Shown here: positions 28,021 to 36,888 of the stretch, piece by piece
Position numbering within the stretch: the first letter of the stretch is position 1
Layout: each line of letters begins with the position of its first letter
DNA from: a virus
Lineage: Duplodnaviria > Caudoviricetes
Virus record (IMG/VR): IMGVR_UViG_3300044838_000066
Span: 1 to 50,132 of that record
Direction: 5' to 3' (one strand)
Length of the DNA: 50,132 nt
The notes under the pieces: generated by a model
What the model was told of the DNA's origin: nothing
What the model saw: only the letters and a program-made list of their open reading frames with translations
The model's database searches: none
Made by a program: the position numbers and the translations under genes

Positions 28021-28309
28021 CGGCGACCGAGGGCCGGTGATCGAGATGAACGCGGGCGGATACAGCCTGATCGGATCGACTTGCACTCTGCTCGCAGCGC
28101 CGGGCAAACTCAACGTACAAGGCCCCGCGCTCTCGCTTGCGCCGATCGTGATCGCTAGCGACGGACTCACGGCATCGTACAGACAAACGGGCAGCGACTT
28201 CACGCAAGGGGGCCTTTGGGAATTCATGCTGAGAATCAAAACCGCAGACGGGCAAACGCTTCATTCCCAGAAGCGTAAGTTATACGTTTTCCCGAGATTA
28301 GGGGCATAA
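28013..28309 (+). CDS. Small beta-sandwich (BppU-N-like) domain, paralogous to the C-terminus of 30447
   Basis: Shared NAGG/DAGG, TL(L/I)AAPG, GLTA.YR, GG.W and FPR motifs. Confidence 0.75.
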   Translation: MTSGDRGPVIEMNAGGYSLIGSTCTLLAAPGKLNVQGPALSLAPIVIASDGLTASYRQTGSDFTQGGLWEFMLRIKTADGQTLHSQKRKLYVFPRLGA

Positions 28310-28310
28310 C

Positions 28311-29483
28311 ATGGCCGTAACTGAAGCAGGCGCACCAGTTCTCGCAACGACCGCAGCGACGGCGCAGATTGTCGATGCCGCGTTGTTCACCATAGCGACG
28401 ACAAGCTCGACGGCAGTGACGGCTGGAAGTTCGCAGACGATCACCGTTGCTTCTGGCACTGCATTGTCAAATCCGATGTGGCTTACGATTGATGCAGGAG
28501 CCGCAACTGAAACGGTTCTCGCTGCTATTTCAGGGACGAGCGTTACGGCGTTTTTCACGAATGCTCATAGCGGCACGTACAACGTTGTAGCAAACCTGAA
28601 TCGGCAGATTGAGTCAATTGGCTCGCCTTCTGTGCGAACGCAAATCGCGGAAGTCGATGCGAATAATCGGCTTAATACGATCACGCCGGATATTGTCGTC
28701 ACGGGGCAAACCCTGTCTTCTTCAGCGACGACAAATAGCAATGTTATTTCAAATGTTATAGGGTTAAGAACTTTAGTGTTGGATATTCTTACTATATTCG
28801 GTTCTTTGATTATTGAAGGGTCTATTGATAATGTAAACTGGTTTTCTTTACCATTTTTTCAATTAGGATCTGGATCGTGGAATGCAGCGGGTTCAATAAA
28901 TTCAACAGGAGTTTATTTTTGGCCAATTTCTGGATTCCCTATTTTTAGAATAAGGTGCTCAGTAACTGGAGCTTCGCCTTCGACATACACATACAATTTA
29001 AGTTCTACAAATATAGCTTCCGTTTATGGACCTCAAACAGGTTCGGTAATTTTGGGAATTGGAACTGCCGGTATTCCTTCAACTATTACTGATGGCACAG
29101 GGCCTCTCAGTGTCCTTCCAACTTTAAATTATGTCAAAGCATGGAACGGAACAAATTGGGATCGCATTCGCAAAGATTCATACGCAAACGGCCCGCAATG
29201 GATGACAAGCGGCGGCGGAACGCTTGCGGCGGTTGCCGCAGCGGCGGGTACGACTGCGATTAAGGCGAGCGCAGGGCGTTTATGCAGAGTGCTTGTGACG
29301 ACCCTTGGAACAGCGCAGTTGACATTTTTTAATAACGCTTCCGCCGCAAGCGGTACGATCATCGGAATCGTACCAGCAAGCGTTCTCGCGGGCACTCTCA
29401 TAAACGTAGATATGCCTGCTTCATTAGGCATAACGGGAGATTTTCTTACAAATTCACCAGCCGTTACCGTCGCATTTTGGTAG
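28311..29483 (+). CDS. Virion structural/fibre-type protein
   Basis: Thr/Ala/Ser-rich, beta-rich; WNGTNWDR linker; C-terminal IKASAGRL domain. Confidence 0.7.
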   Translation: MAVTEAGAPVLATTAATAQIVDAALFTIATTSSTAVTAGSSQTITVASGTALSNPMWLTIDAGAATETVLAAISGTSVTAFFTNAHSGTYNVVANLNRQIESIGSPSVRTQIAEVDANNRLNTITPDIVVTGQTLSSSATTNSNVISNVIGLRTLVLDILTIFGSLIIEGSIDNVNWFSLPFFQLGSGSWNAAGSINSTGVYFWPISGFPIFRIRCSVTGASPSTYTYNLSSTNIASVYGPQTGSVILGIGTAGIPSTITDGTGPLSVLPTLNYVKAWNGTNWDRIRKDSYANGPQWMTSGGGTLAAVAAAAGTTAIKASAGRLCRVLVTTLGTAQLTFFNNASAASGTIIGIVPASVLAGTLINVDMPASLGITGDFLTNSPAVTVAFW

Positions 29484-29492
29484 GAGGTTTTT

Positions 29493-30437
29493 ATGTCATA
29501 TATTCCTGCGGCGCTTAATGCGGTATACGATATTGATTGGACGACGCTCGGCGCAGGCAAGGTTCTCACAAATACTGCGAGCAACGGGAAGCCGTATTCG
29601 TTCCAAGCTGCTCCGGTAACAAACGTCACCGGGACAGGAAACATATCATCGACCGGCGGTATAACACCAAATATAGGTCTTACCGGCGTGGTAGGGGTTT
29701 CAAACGGGGGAACGGGTTTCTCGTCATACACACCCGGCTCTTTATTGTGCCCGTCGGGGCCAACAACAATGTCAACAATAAACCCTGTTGCAATAGGCTC
29801 CGTCTTAGTATCCAATGGTACCTCAGCCACTCCTCAATGGACAACCGCTCCTGGATTTCAGGGTGCAAATATAACATCCGGCACGATCCCAAACTCTGCG
29901 CTTATAACGACGCCCGTAACATCCGTCACCGCAAGCGGAAATCTCTCGTCTTCCGGTGGCACGACTCCTGCAATCACTTGCACTGCGTCGCCTACGTTTA
30001 CCACCATTACCGCAAGCACGGGCCTTAGTCTCACGGCAAATCCCGGCGGCGGAACGGCGGCAACCCTCAACGACTATGAAGTCGGAACGTGGACACCGAC
30101 AGATCAAAGCGGCGCGTCATTGACGTTTTCGACCGCTATCGGATCGTATATAAAAATCGGGCGACTGGTATGGATTACGGCAAATATCGTCTATCCAACG
30201 ACAGTAAGCGCGAGCGTGGCTCAAGTGTCGTTGCCGTTCACGCCTATTAGTTCGAGTTCAATCGTCGGTCTTTCCCTTGCGTACTCATCCGTGTCTGTGG
30301 CGATTTTACCGAACGTGGCTACGACGACTTTCGTACGGTTCAATGGAGGATTGAACGGATCAACGTTGGGGGTCACGAATTCCGTCATGTCTGCACAACA
30401 GACGCAATTCACGGGAACGTACCAATCGGCTGCATAG
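29493..30437 (+). CDS. Fibre protein
   Basis: V.NGGTG repeat motif; LNDYEVGTWTP...YIKIGRLV C-terminal fibre domain; AGGAGG SD. Confidence 0.8.
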   Translation: MSYIPAALNAVYDIDWTTLGAGKVLTNTASNGKPYSFQAAPVTNVTGTGNISSTGGITPNIGLTGVVGVSNGGTGFSSYTPGSLLCPSGPTTMSTINPVAIGSVLVSNGTSATPQWTTAPGFQGANITSGTIPNSALITTPVTSVTASGNLSSSGGTTPAITCTASPTFTTITASTGLSLTANPGGGTAATLNDYEVGTWTPTDQSGASLTFSTAIGSYIKIGRLVWITANIVYPTTVSASVAQVSLPFTPISSSSIVGLSLAYSSVSVAILPNVATTTFVRFNGGLNGSTLGVTNSVMSAQQTQFTGTYQSAA

Positions 30438-30446
30438 GAACGTACA

Positions 30447-31499
30447 ATGTCGCTGCTTCTGCTTTTTAATTCTGGCATTGCCGCTATCAGCGGAACAGCC
30501 GCGACGCGCCAAGATGACCAGCGCGTGGCGGCTTCCGGGAGCGAGATATTTTCCGCTAGTGCGGCAACGCGCCAGGATGACCAAAGGGTATCGAGTGCTG
30601 GTGCGATTGGAGAGATAGGAACCGGCGCAACCTCTCAAGATCACCAAAGAATAGCAGCGAGCGGCGTCGAGACGTTCATAGGCAGCGCATCGACAATCCA
30701 AGATCATCAGCGCGTATCGACATCGGGAAGCGAAGTCTTTGTCGGCACTGGCGCGATGCGACAGGACGAACAGCGCGTATCCGGCATTGGTCACGAAGCG
30801 TTCACCGGCAGCGGCGCGAGCATACAAGCGGAGCAAGTCGTTTCGGCTCCTGGCGAGGTCGGAGAACAGGGTACGGCAGCGACGACGCAGGCGCCCCAGG
30901 TTATCTCCGCGAGCGCGCTACAGTCGTTCATCGCGGCGGGCGCAAGCGCCCAGGATGCGCAAACTGTCGCGGCGATCGGGATCGAGGCATTCGATGGGCT
31001 AGGCGCAAGCGTGCAAGTCCCGCAGGCAATATCGGGCATCGGCGACCTCATAGAGAGCGGCACGGCGACGATCGCACAGGATGCGCAGATCGTGACCGCA
31101 TCGGGCGTCATCGGCGAGCATGGCACCGCGAACGCCGCCCAGGACGATCAGACGGTCTCCGCAACCGGCACCATGCAACCGCTTGGACTTGGCCGCGCGA
31201 TCAATATAGATGCGGGCGGCTTCGATATGATGGGTTGCACTGCGACGCTCATCGCCGCCCCCGGCCCCTTCGACGCGCAAGGCGAACCGATACGCTTGAC
31301 GCCCGTGGGTATCTTCAATAGCGGCCTTACTGCCGTCTATCGCGAGGTCGCCGACGAATTCGCGATCGGCGGAGAATGGTCGCTCCAACTTGAAGCTTTG
31401 ACCGCGACCGGCGATATGTACACCTCAGCGCCCGGCCAGGTCTTTTTTCCGAGAATTCTGGAAACTCAAGAAGAACTTGAAGGAGCACTAAGTGGCTAA
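30447..31499 (+). CDS. 22-aa Q(D/A)xQ-repeat virion protein with C-terminal BppU-N-like domain
   Basis: About 11 repeats of xGxxxxxQDDQRVSASG. Confidence 0.8.
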   Translation: MSLLLLFNSGIAAISGTAATRQDDQRVAASGSEIFSASAATRQDDQRVSSAGAIGEIGTGATSQDHQRIAASGVETFIGSASTIQDHQRVSTSGSEVFVGTGAMRQDEQRVSGIGHEAFTGSGASIQAEQVVSAPGEVGEQGTAATTQAPQVISASALQSFIAAGASAQDAQTVAAIGIEAFDGLGASVQVPQAISGIGDLIESGTATIAQDAQIVTASGVIGEHGTANAAQDDQTVSATGTMQPLGLGRAINIDAGGFDMMGCTATLIAAPGPFDAQGEPIRLTPVGIFNSGLTAVYREVADEFAIGGEWSLQLEALTATGDMYTSAPGQVFFPRILETQEELEGALSG

Positions 31500-31896
31500 T
31501 ATCATTAACTTGTCCGACCTGGCGGCAAACACCGAGGCGAACGCCTTTGCGCCGCTCTTGAACGCGGGCCTCATTGAGATTTTCACCGGCACGCAGCCTG
31601 CGAACGCGAACACGGCACTTAGCGGCAATACGTTGCTTGCTACCTTGACCTTCGCGAATCCGGCATTTGCGACGGCCGTCGCTAGTGTTATCACGGCGAA
31701 TGCGATCGCGAGCGGAACGGCAGTAGCGACGGGCACGGCGACATTCGCGCGCCTGTACAAGAGCGACGGAACGACGGTCGTAGGTGATATAGCGGTCGGT
31801 ACGAGCGGTGCGGGCCTCAATCTCAATACGACGAGCATTGTCACGGGCGGATTAGTGTCGGTCACAAGTTACACCCATACGGTTACGGAGACTTAG
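31492..31896 (+). CDS. Conserved small virion protein
   Basis: IFTGTQPANAN...LLATLTF...TGTATFARL pattern, recalled from phage fibre modules; AAGGAG SD. Confidence 0.75.
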   Translation: MANIINLSDLAANTEANAFAPLLNAGLIEIFTGTQPANANTALSGNTLLATLTFANPAFATAVASVITANAIASGTAVATGTATFARLYKSDGTTVVGDIAVGTSGAGLNLNTTSIVTGGLVSVTSYTHTVTET

Positions 31897-31950
31897 TAGG
31901 TAGTATAGCGAGCGGTATTTATTCTCCATAAGCGCTAGAGGCGGGGAGCT

Positions 31951-33228
31951 ATGAGCATTCAAGCCGAGCAAGCCGTCTCAGGCGTCGGCGTCGTTGAGGC
32001 GCGTGGTACGGGCGCGTCGACACAGGCGGAGCAAACGGTTCTGAGTGCTGGCGGTGAGCCTTACGGGGCGACGCGCCAGGACGATCAGCGCGTATCGGCA
32101 AGCGGCACTACAGGTCAGACGGGCACCGGCGACACGGCGCAGGCTCCGCAGACGGCCGGCAGCGTCGCCGCGGTCGGCGTTAGTGGTACTGCCGCGATCG
32201 CGCAGGACGATCAGCGTCTTTCCGCGTCCGGCGTAACGACATCGGCAGGCACGGTTCAGCGATCCCAGGCCGTCGCCGGCGTTGGCTTCGTAAGCTCATC
32301 CTCATCGGCGCAAGGCGCGCAGACGGTCGCCGCATCGGGCACCTTCGAAACTGTCGGCGGCGTCGGCGCGACGACGCAGGGCGAGCAAATCGTCGTTGCG
32401 CGCGGATTCGAGACGTTCACCGGCACGGGATCATCGACGCAGGACGAGCAGCGTATTGCATCTTCCGGGCAACTGCTCATCAGCGGCAGCGCGGCAACCT
32501 CGCAGGACGCGCAGCATGTCGCCGCTGCCGGAATTGAAGCGTTTCGCGGGGTAGGCGCAAGCGCCCAGGCGGAGCAGACGGTATCGGCAACAGGGGCCGG
32601 CTATCGGTTCAATACCGGCCCCGCAGCGCCGGTTCAGGCACCCCAGGCCGTTACCGCCGCCGGGGTCTTCGTCGCGCCAAGCGGACCCGCGACTCCCGCG
32701 CAGGCACCGCAAGTAGCCAGTGGCACCGGCTCATTCACGATCAGGGGCACCGCCTCGCCGCGCCAGGATAGGCAGCGGGTATCGGCAAGGGCCGTCCAAA
32801 CGCTCCCAGGCGTCTCATCAATCGCGCAAACGCCCCAAACTACACGCGCCCTCGGCAACGTCGCCGGGCCTCCGGTAACGGGCACGGGAGCATCGTCGCA
32901 GGATGCTCAGACCGCATCGGGCAGCGGCAATCTGCGGTATGCGGCAGTGGGCGATTCCACGCAAGCCCCGCAAACCGCGATCGGCTCAGGCGCACTCACC
33001 ATAGTTGCACGTGGAACATCGACGCAGGCCCCGCAGACGGCTTCCGGGATCGGCCAAACCTTCGCGGGCGTCGGCGCTAGCTCCCAAGCGACGCAGACAG
33101 CGAAGGGCACCGGCAACATGGGCGAAGTCGTCTGCGTTCGCCTGCCGATCATGGCGATTACCCGAATCACGCTGCCGATTACACCGCCGCACGAATGCCC
33201 ACGCAATGTGACGTTATCGCGTGGCTAG
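31951..33228 (+). CDS. 22-aa Q(D/A)xQ-repeat virion protein
   Basis: About 17 repeats (QDDQRV / QAPQTA). Confidence 0.8.
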   Translation: MSIQAEQAVSGVGVVEARGTGASTQAEQTVLSAGGEPYGATRQDDQRVSASGTTGQTGTGDTAQAPQTAGSVAAVGVSGTAAIAQDDQRLSASGVTTSAGTVQRSQAVAGVGFVSSSSSAQGAQTVAASGTFETVGGVGATTQGEQIVVARGFETFTGTGSSTQDEQRIASSGQLLISGSAATSQDAQHVAAAGIEAFRGVGASAQAEQTVSATGAGYRFNTGPAAPVQAPQAVTAAGVFVAPSGPATPAQAPQVASGTGSFTIRGTASPRQDRQRVSARAVQTLPGVSSIAQTPQTTRALGNVAGPPVTGTGASSQDAQTASGSGNLRYAAVGDSTQAPQTAIGSGALTIVARGTSTQAPQTASGIGQTFAGVGASSQATQTAKGTGNMGEVVCVRLPIMAITRITLPITPPHECPRNVTLSRG

Positions 33229-33263
33229 CTCGTCAAGGCGAGCGTAGGGAGTAGCAAGAACAC

Positions 33264-33293
33264 AAAAAGCGGCGCGTTGAACGCCGCTTTTTT
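33264..33293. terminator. Bidirectional intrinsic terminator
   Basis: AAAAAGCGGCG-cgttgaa-CGCCGCTTTTT. Confidence 0.85.
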
Positions 33294-33317
33294 ACTCGTC
33301 TCCGGCACGGAGAACAC

Positions 33318-33983
33318 ATGAAACCTACCACGGCAACGAGTGCCGGTCCTACAACTTCTTCCCGGTTCGCGCATCTCGGCGACGACATGTACGGGATGCT
33401 CCCCGTCGCATGGGCTCCAAAGATGCGCGGACTGAAGGTTATCGTCTTCTGGATTCTTTGCGCACATGCCAATGAGGACGGCATATGCTTTCCGAGCCGG
33501 AAAACGATAGCGCGATTAGCGGGAATCCATGTAAGTCACGTTACGCCGGCTCTTCGAGAACTTGAGGCGATGGGGGCGATTGAGACTGCGCCCGCCGTAG
33601 GGCACTCCTCGCATTATCGCATCATGCCTCCCCCTCCATATAAGGTATCATCTAATTCAGATAAGACCCCTCCATGTGAGGTGTTATCCGAATTAGATAA
33701 CACAGTCTTACCTGATTTAGATAAGGGGGTGTTATCCGAATCAGGTAAGGGGGGCTTATCTGAATCAGATAACCATAACAGACCAGGTAACATACCTATG
33801 GACATATTTTTTAACAAACCAGCCGACGCGCCCAAAAAAAACGGAGAGAATCCTGTGGAAAAACGAAATGACGACCGCTTACGCGCGATTCCCAAACCGC
33901 CGAAGCCGACGCAGCCCCTCAATGCCGAAGCCGTCGCCCGCGCGAACGCGATACGCACCGGACAGATGAAAGGCACCGCCTAA
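33318..33983 (+). CDS. Second replication initiator-like protein (winged HTH, HTH_36-like)
   Basis: LCAHANEDGICFPSRKTIARLAGI...ALRELEAMGAI; internal iteron-like repeats; GGAG SD. Confidence 0.8.
   Translation: MKPTTATSAGPTTSSRFAHLGDDMYGMLPVAWAPKMRGLKVIVFWILCAHANEDGICFPSRKTIARLAGIHVSHVTPALRELEAMGAIETAPAVGHSSHYRIMPPPPYKVSSNSDKTPPCEVLSELDNTVLPDLDKGVLSESGKGGLSESDNHNRPGNIPMDIFFNKPADAPKKNGENPVEKRNDDRLRAIPKPPKPTQPLNAEAVARANAIRTGQMKGTA
33648..33772. repeat. Putative origin 2: five 17-bp imperfect palindromes
   Basis: TTATC(C/T)GAAT(T/C)AGATAA-like units at 33648, 33684, 33708, 33732, 33756; the last four have an exact 24-bp period. Confidence 0.85.
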
Positions 33984-33985
33984 CA

Positions 33986-34018
33986 AAAACCCCCGCGACT
34001 TGGCAGCACGGGGGTTTT
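33986..34018. terminator. Bidirectional intrinsic terminator
   Basis: AAAACCCCCG...CGGGGGTTTT stem immediately after the 33318 stop. Confidence 0.8.
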
Positions 34019-34177
34019 CGCTTCTCGCTTTACCTGCAACCAGCTTTGATAATTGCAGATATGAGAGTACTTGCTCTCTCCCGATCCATTCCGCCCGCGC
34101 GGGCGCTTTCCTCAAGGGTAGCGCGTTCACGGGCGACGAAGGGCGCGTACGAAGTAGTTCCGTGCCGGAGGTGTACC

Positions 34178-34756
34178 ATCGCATCCCAAAACCCGTATGC
34201 GCCCAATCTATCGCTCGGACAGTATGCCAACGCCGGGAACGGAATTAGCGGGCAGCTTTTTCAAGGCGGCAATCAGGCGGTCGTAGCGACGGCTCTGAGC
34301 GCGGGCGTGCCGACGACGTACACCGGCGGACTTGTCCTTGCGAATCCGATCGCGAGCACCGTGAACCTGCGAATCCAAAAGGCGAAGGCATCGTTCATCG
34401 TCGCGCAGACGAACGCCGCGGTGATCGGCCTGGGTATCGGATTCTCCGCGACGGCGCTCGCAGGTACGCTTACCGCAGTCGCATCGCTCCCCGGAAATAA
34501 CGGCGCAACGCCCGCAGTCGCGCAGGGCCTGCTCTATTCATCCGCGAGCATTACGCTCCCCGCAGCGCCCTATCTCGCGCGCATTCTCGGCACCGTCAAT
34601 ACCGGCGCGCTCACGACGGGCGTAGCGAATCTTGGATTGGAAGCCGATCTTCAGGGCAGCATCATTCTTCCGCCGGGCGGATACGCTGTGTTTCTTAGCT
34701 CGGCGGCGGGCACGGCGTCATCGTTCTTCGGATCGTTTGTTTGGGTTGAGGCGTAA
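34178..34756 (+). CDS. Virion structural protein upstream of the sheath; probable ATC start
   Basis: GGAGGTG at 34167-34173 precedes in-frame ATC. Upstream in-frame residues look non-coding. Confidence 0.65.
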   Translation: MASQNPYAPNLSLGQYANAGNGISGQLFQGGNQAVVATALSAGVPTTYTGGLVLANPIASTVNLRIQKAKASFIVAQTNAAVIGLGIGFSATALAGTLTAVASLPGNNGATPAVAQGLLYSSASITLPAAPYLARILGTVNTGALTTGVANLGLEADLQGSIILPPGGYAVFLSSAAGTASSFFGSFVWVEA

Positions 34757-34762
34757 GAAGTA

Positions 34763-35863
34763 GTGCCTACCATTACGAGTCAAATCGTAACTGTAAACGC
34801 GATTGTAACCGAAGCGCCGACACCCTCGCAGCTTCAGCAGAGCGGCGCATTGGTATCGGTCGGCGGTACGACGCAAACGACGGGCACGTACACGTACTAC
34901 GGCACCCTCGCGGGCGTAATCGCGGCCCTGTCCTCCAGCGGCAACTTCGATGAGATTCAGGACATGGCGACAACGTTTTTCGCGCAGGGGAACGCCGTCG
35001 GCTTGTACGTCCTCGAACTCGGCGTCGAAGGCTCATCGGCGGCGGGGATAACCGCGCTCGGCTCGTGGATAACATCGAACCCAGGCATCTTTTACGCCTA
35101 CCTCACGCCCGCGGCATGGGACGCATCCGGCGCAGCGCTCAACACGCTTGCAGCGAACCACTCAAGCCCAACAGGGAAAACGTACTTCTTCGTCACGACG
35201 ACAAGCGCAACGATAAGCGCGTACGCGATAACGACGAAGGCCATATTCGCCACGGTTCCAAGCCCAACGGCAGCGGGAACCGAATTCCAAGCAGCCGCGT
35301 TTTTCTACCAATGGTTGTCGAATGCGCCGAGCGCAACGTCCCCGGCTCCGCCGATGGGATTCCGTTTTCTTTACGGCGTGACGCCCTGGGTACAAAACGG
35401 GAATCAAACGACGATCAATTCGATTCTCACTGCGTACGGGAACATCGTCGGGACAGGCGCCGAAGGCGGCATATCGACGGCGACGACCTTTCGCGGAACG
35501 ACAATGGACGGCGAGCAGGCCATGGGATGGTGGGCGATCGATTGGGTGCAAATCCAAGCGAAGCAGCAGCTCGCAGCCGCGATCATCGACGGAAGCAATG
35601 AAAACCCGCCGCTGTACTACAACCAAAACGGCATAAACCGTTTGCTCGCGATCCTAACAGACATCGGCAGCACGGGCATATCGTACGGGCTCTTGCAGGC
35701 CGCGACGTTCGCAGCCGTGCCGTTCGCGACGTACATCGCGCAGAATCCGGGGAACTACCCTGCCGGAATCTACAACGGCTTCAGCGCGACGGTAACGCCG
35801 CAGTACGGATTCGAGCAGATCGTCTTCAATGTTGACGCCCTATCGTTTGGGAGTGGCGCGTAA
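34763..35863 (+). CDS. Tail sheath protein (short form)
   Basis: WWAIDWVQI and PLYYNQNGINRL motifs; precedes a 147-aa tube-sized gene. Confidence 0.75.
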   Translation: MPTITSQIVTVNAIVTEAPTPSQLQQSGALVSVGGTTQTTGTYTYYGTLAGVIAALSSSGNFDEIQDMATTFFAQGNAVGLYVLELGVEGSSAAGITALGSWITSNPGIFYAYLTPAAWDASGAALNTLAANHSSPTGKTYFFVTTTSATISAYAITTKAIFATVPSPTAAGTEFQAAAFFYQWLSNAPSATSPAPPMGFRFLYGVTPWVQNGNQTTINSILTAYGNIVGTGAEGGISTATTFRGTTMDGEQAMGWWAIDWVQIQAKQQLAAAIIDGSNENPPLYYNQNGINRLLAILTDIGSTGISYGLLQAATFAAVPFATYIAQNPGNYPAGIYNGFSATVTPQYGFEQIVFNVDALSFGSGA

Positions 35864-36306
35864 TGTTTAATCCACAGATCAGACAGGGCGTACTCAATCG
35901 CGTAATCGTCTCCGTAGTTGTGACGAACTTTCCGCAACTGAGCCTTACCGCTCCGTTCATGGCGAAGTCGATGGCGCAACTCGACTTCGACGAAGACGCC
36001 GTGGATCAGATCGGCACCGCGACGGGCATCGTGAATTCTCCGCATCCCTACGTCATGGCGACCCTCACCGCAAATTTGCTTCGCAGTCAACCAATCGCCG
36101 CCGCGTACATCGCGCAATGGCAATTAAACGCGATTCTCGGCTCCGTAACGGTGTACCCGGATTCCGACGTATTCCCGCCGATTACGCTTGTGAATTGCTC
36201 GCTATTACGACCGACACCAGGGCCGTACGACGGCCAGGATCCAACGGTGAAGACAACGATCAAGGGCGTTTTCTATACCAATAGCATCATGTGGAGCGGC
36301 TTGTAG
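35863..36306 (+). CDS. Tail tube protein
   Basis: Size and position after the sheath; TAATG coupling. Confidence 0.75.
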   Translation: MFNPQIRQGVLNRVIVSVVVTNFPQLSLTAPFMAKSMAQLDFDEDAVDQIGTATGIVNSPHPYVMATLTANLLRSQPIAAAYIAQWQLNAILGSVTVYPDSDVFPPITLVNCSLLRPTPGPYDGQDPTVKTTIKGVFYTNSIMWSGL

Positions 36307-36309
36307 CGT

Positions 36310-36888
36310 TTGCAAATCAATAACGCGCTGAATCTCGTTCTCCCGATTCGGTATGACGACAAGGGAGAACCGAATATATACGCCTACCATTCCCCGATCT
36401 CGACTGAAGTCTTCACCGCGAACTACCGCATCCTCGTAGCGGCGAATGCGGCGATATGGCAGCGCGGATCGAATTACGCGGCGGCATGCGCGAGCACGGC
36501 GAACCTCGCGCTTCTTGACGCGGCAACGGCAGACGCGCAAGAACGCGGAATCGACAGCCAAGGCCCGGCGTTTCTCGCGCAGATAAAACGGCTCACATAC
36601 GTTCTTGCTCCCGGCGCGAACGGATACGAACAACTGCCGGTAGACATTGCCATTACGCGCGATATCATCGACGCCGCCGATTGGAACGAGGCTGAAAGTT
36701 CCATAGTATTTTTTTTCTTGGGATATGCCCTACTCCCAAGAGCAGCACGCAAGGTCCGCTGTACCCTAATCGCATCAGCCTTGAATGGATCGACAGCCTC
36801 TGCGCTGCCGCTAGAGTGGATTCAATCTTTGCCCGCTGCGATACCGGCGAGCGATACGCCGGAGATTCTGTCCTCGCAGCTGTCCTGA
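36310..36888 (+). CDS. Tail assembly chaperone (gpG-like)
   Basis: Between tube and tape measure; internal slippery T TTT TTC. Confidence 0.7.
   Translation: MQINNALNLVLPIRYDDKGEPNIYAYHSPISTEVFTANYRILVAANAAIWQRGSNYAAACASTANLALLDAATADAQERGIDSQGPAFLAQIKRLTYVLAPGANGYEQLPVDIAITRDIIDAADWNEAESSIVFFFLGYALLPRAARKVRCTLIASALNGSTASALPLEWIQSLPAAIPASDTPEILSSQLS

Noticed and set aside
30447-33228. Diversity-generating retroelement template/variable repeats
   Set aside because: No reverse transcriptase; repeats diverge at synonymous sites rather than specifically at adenines.
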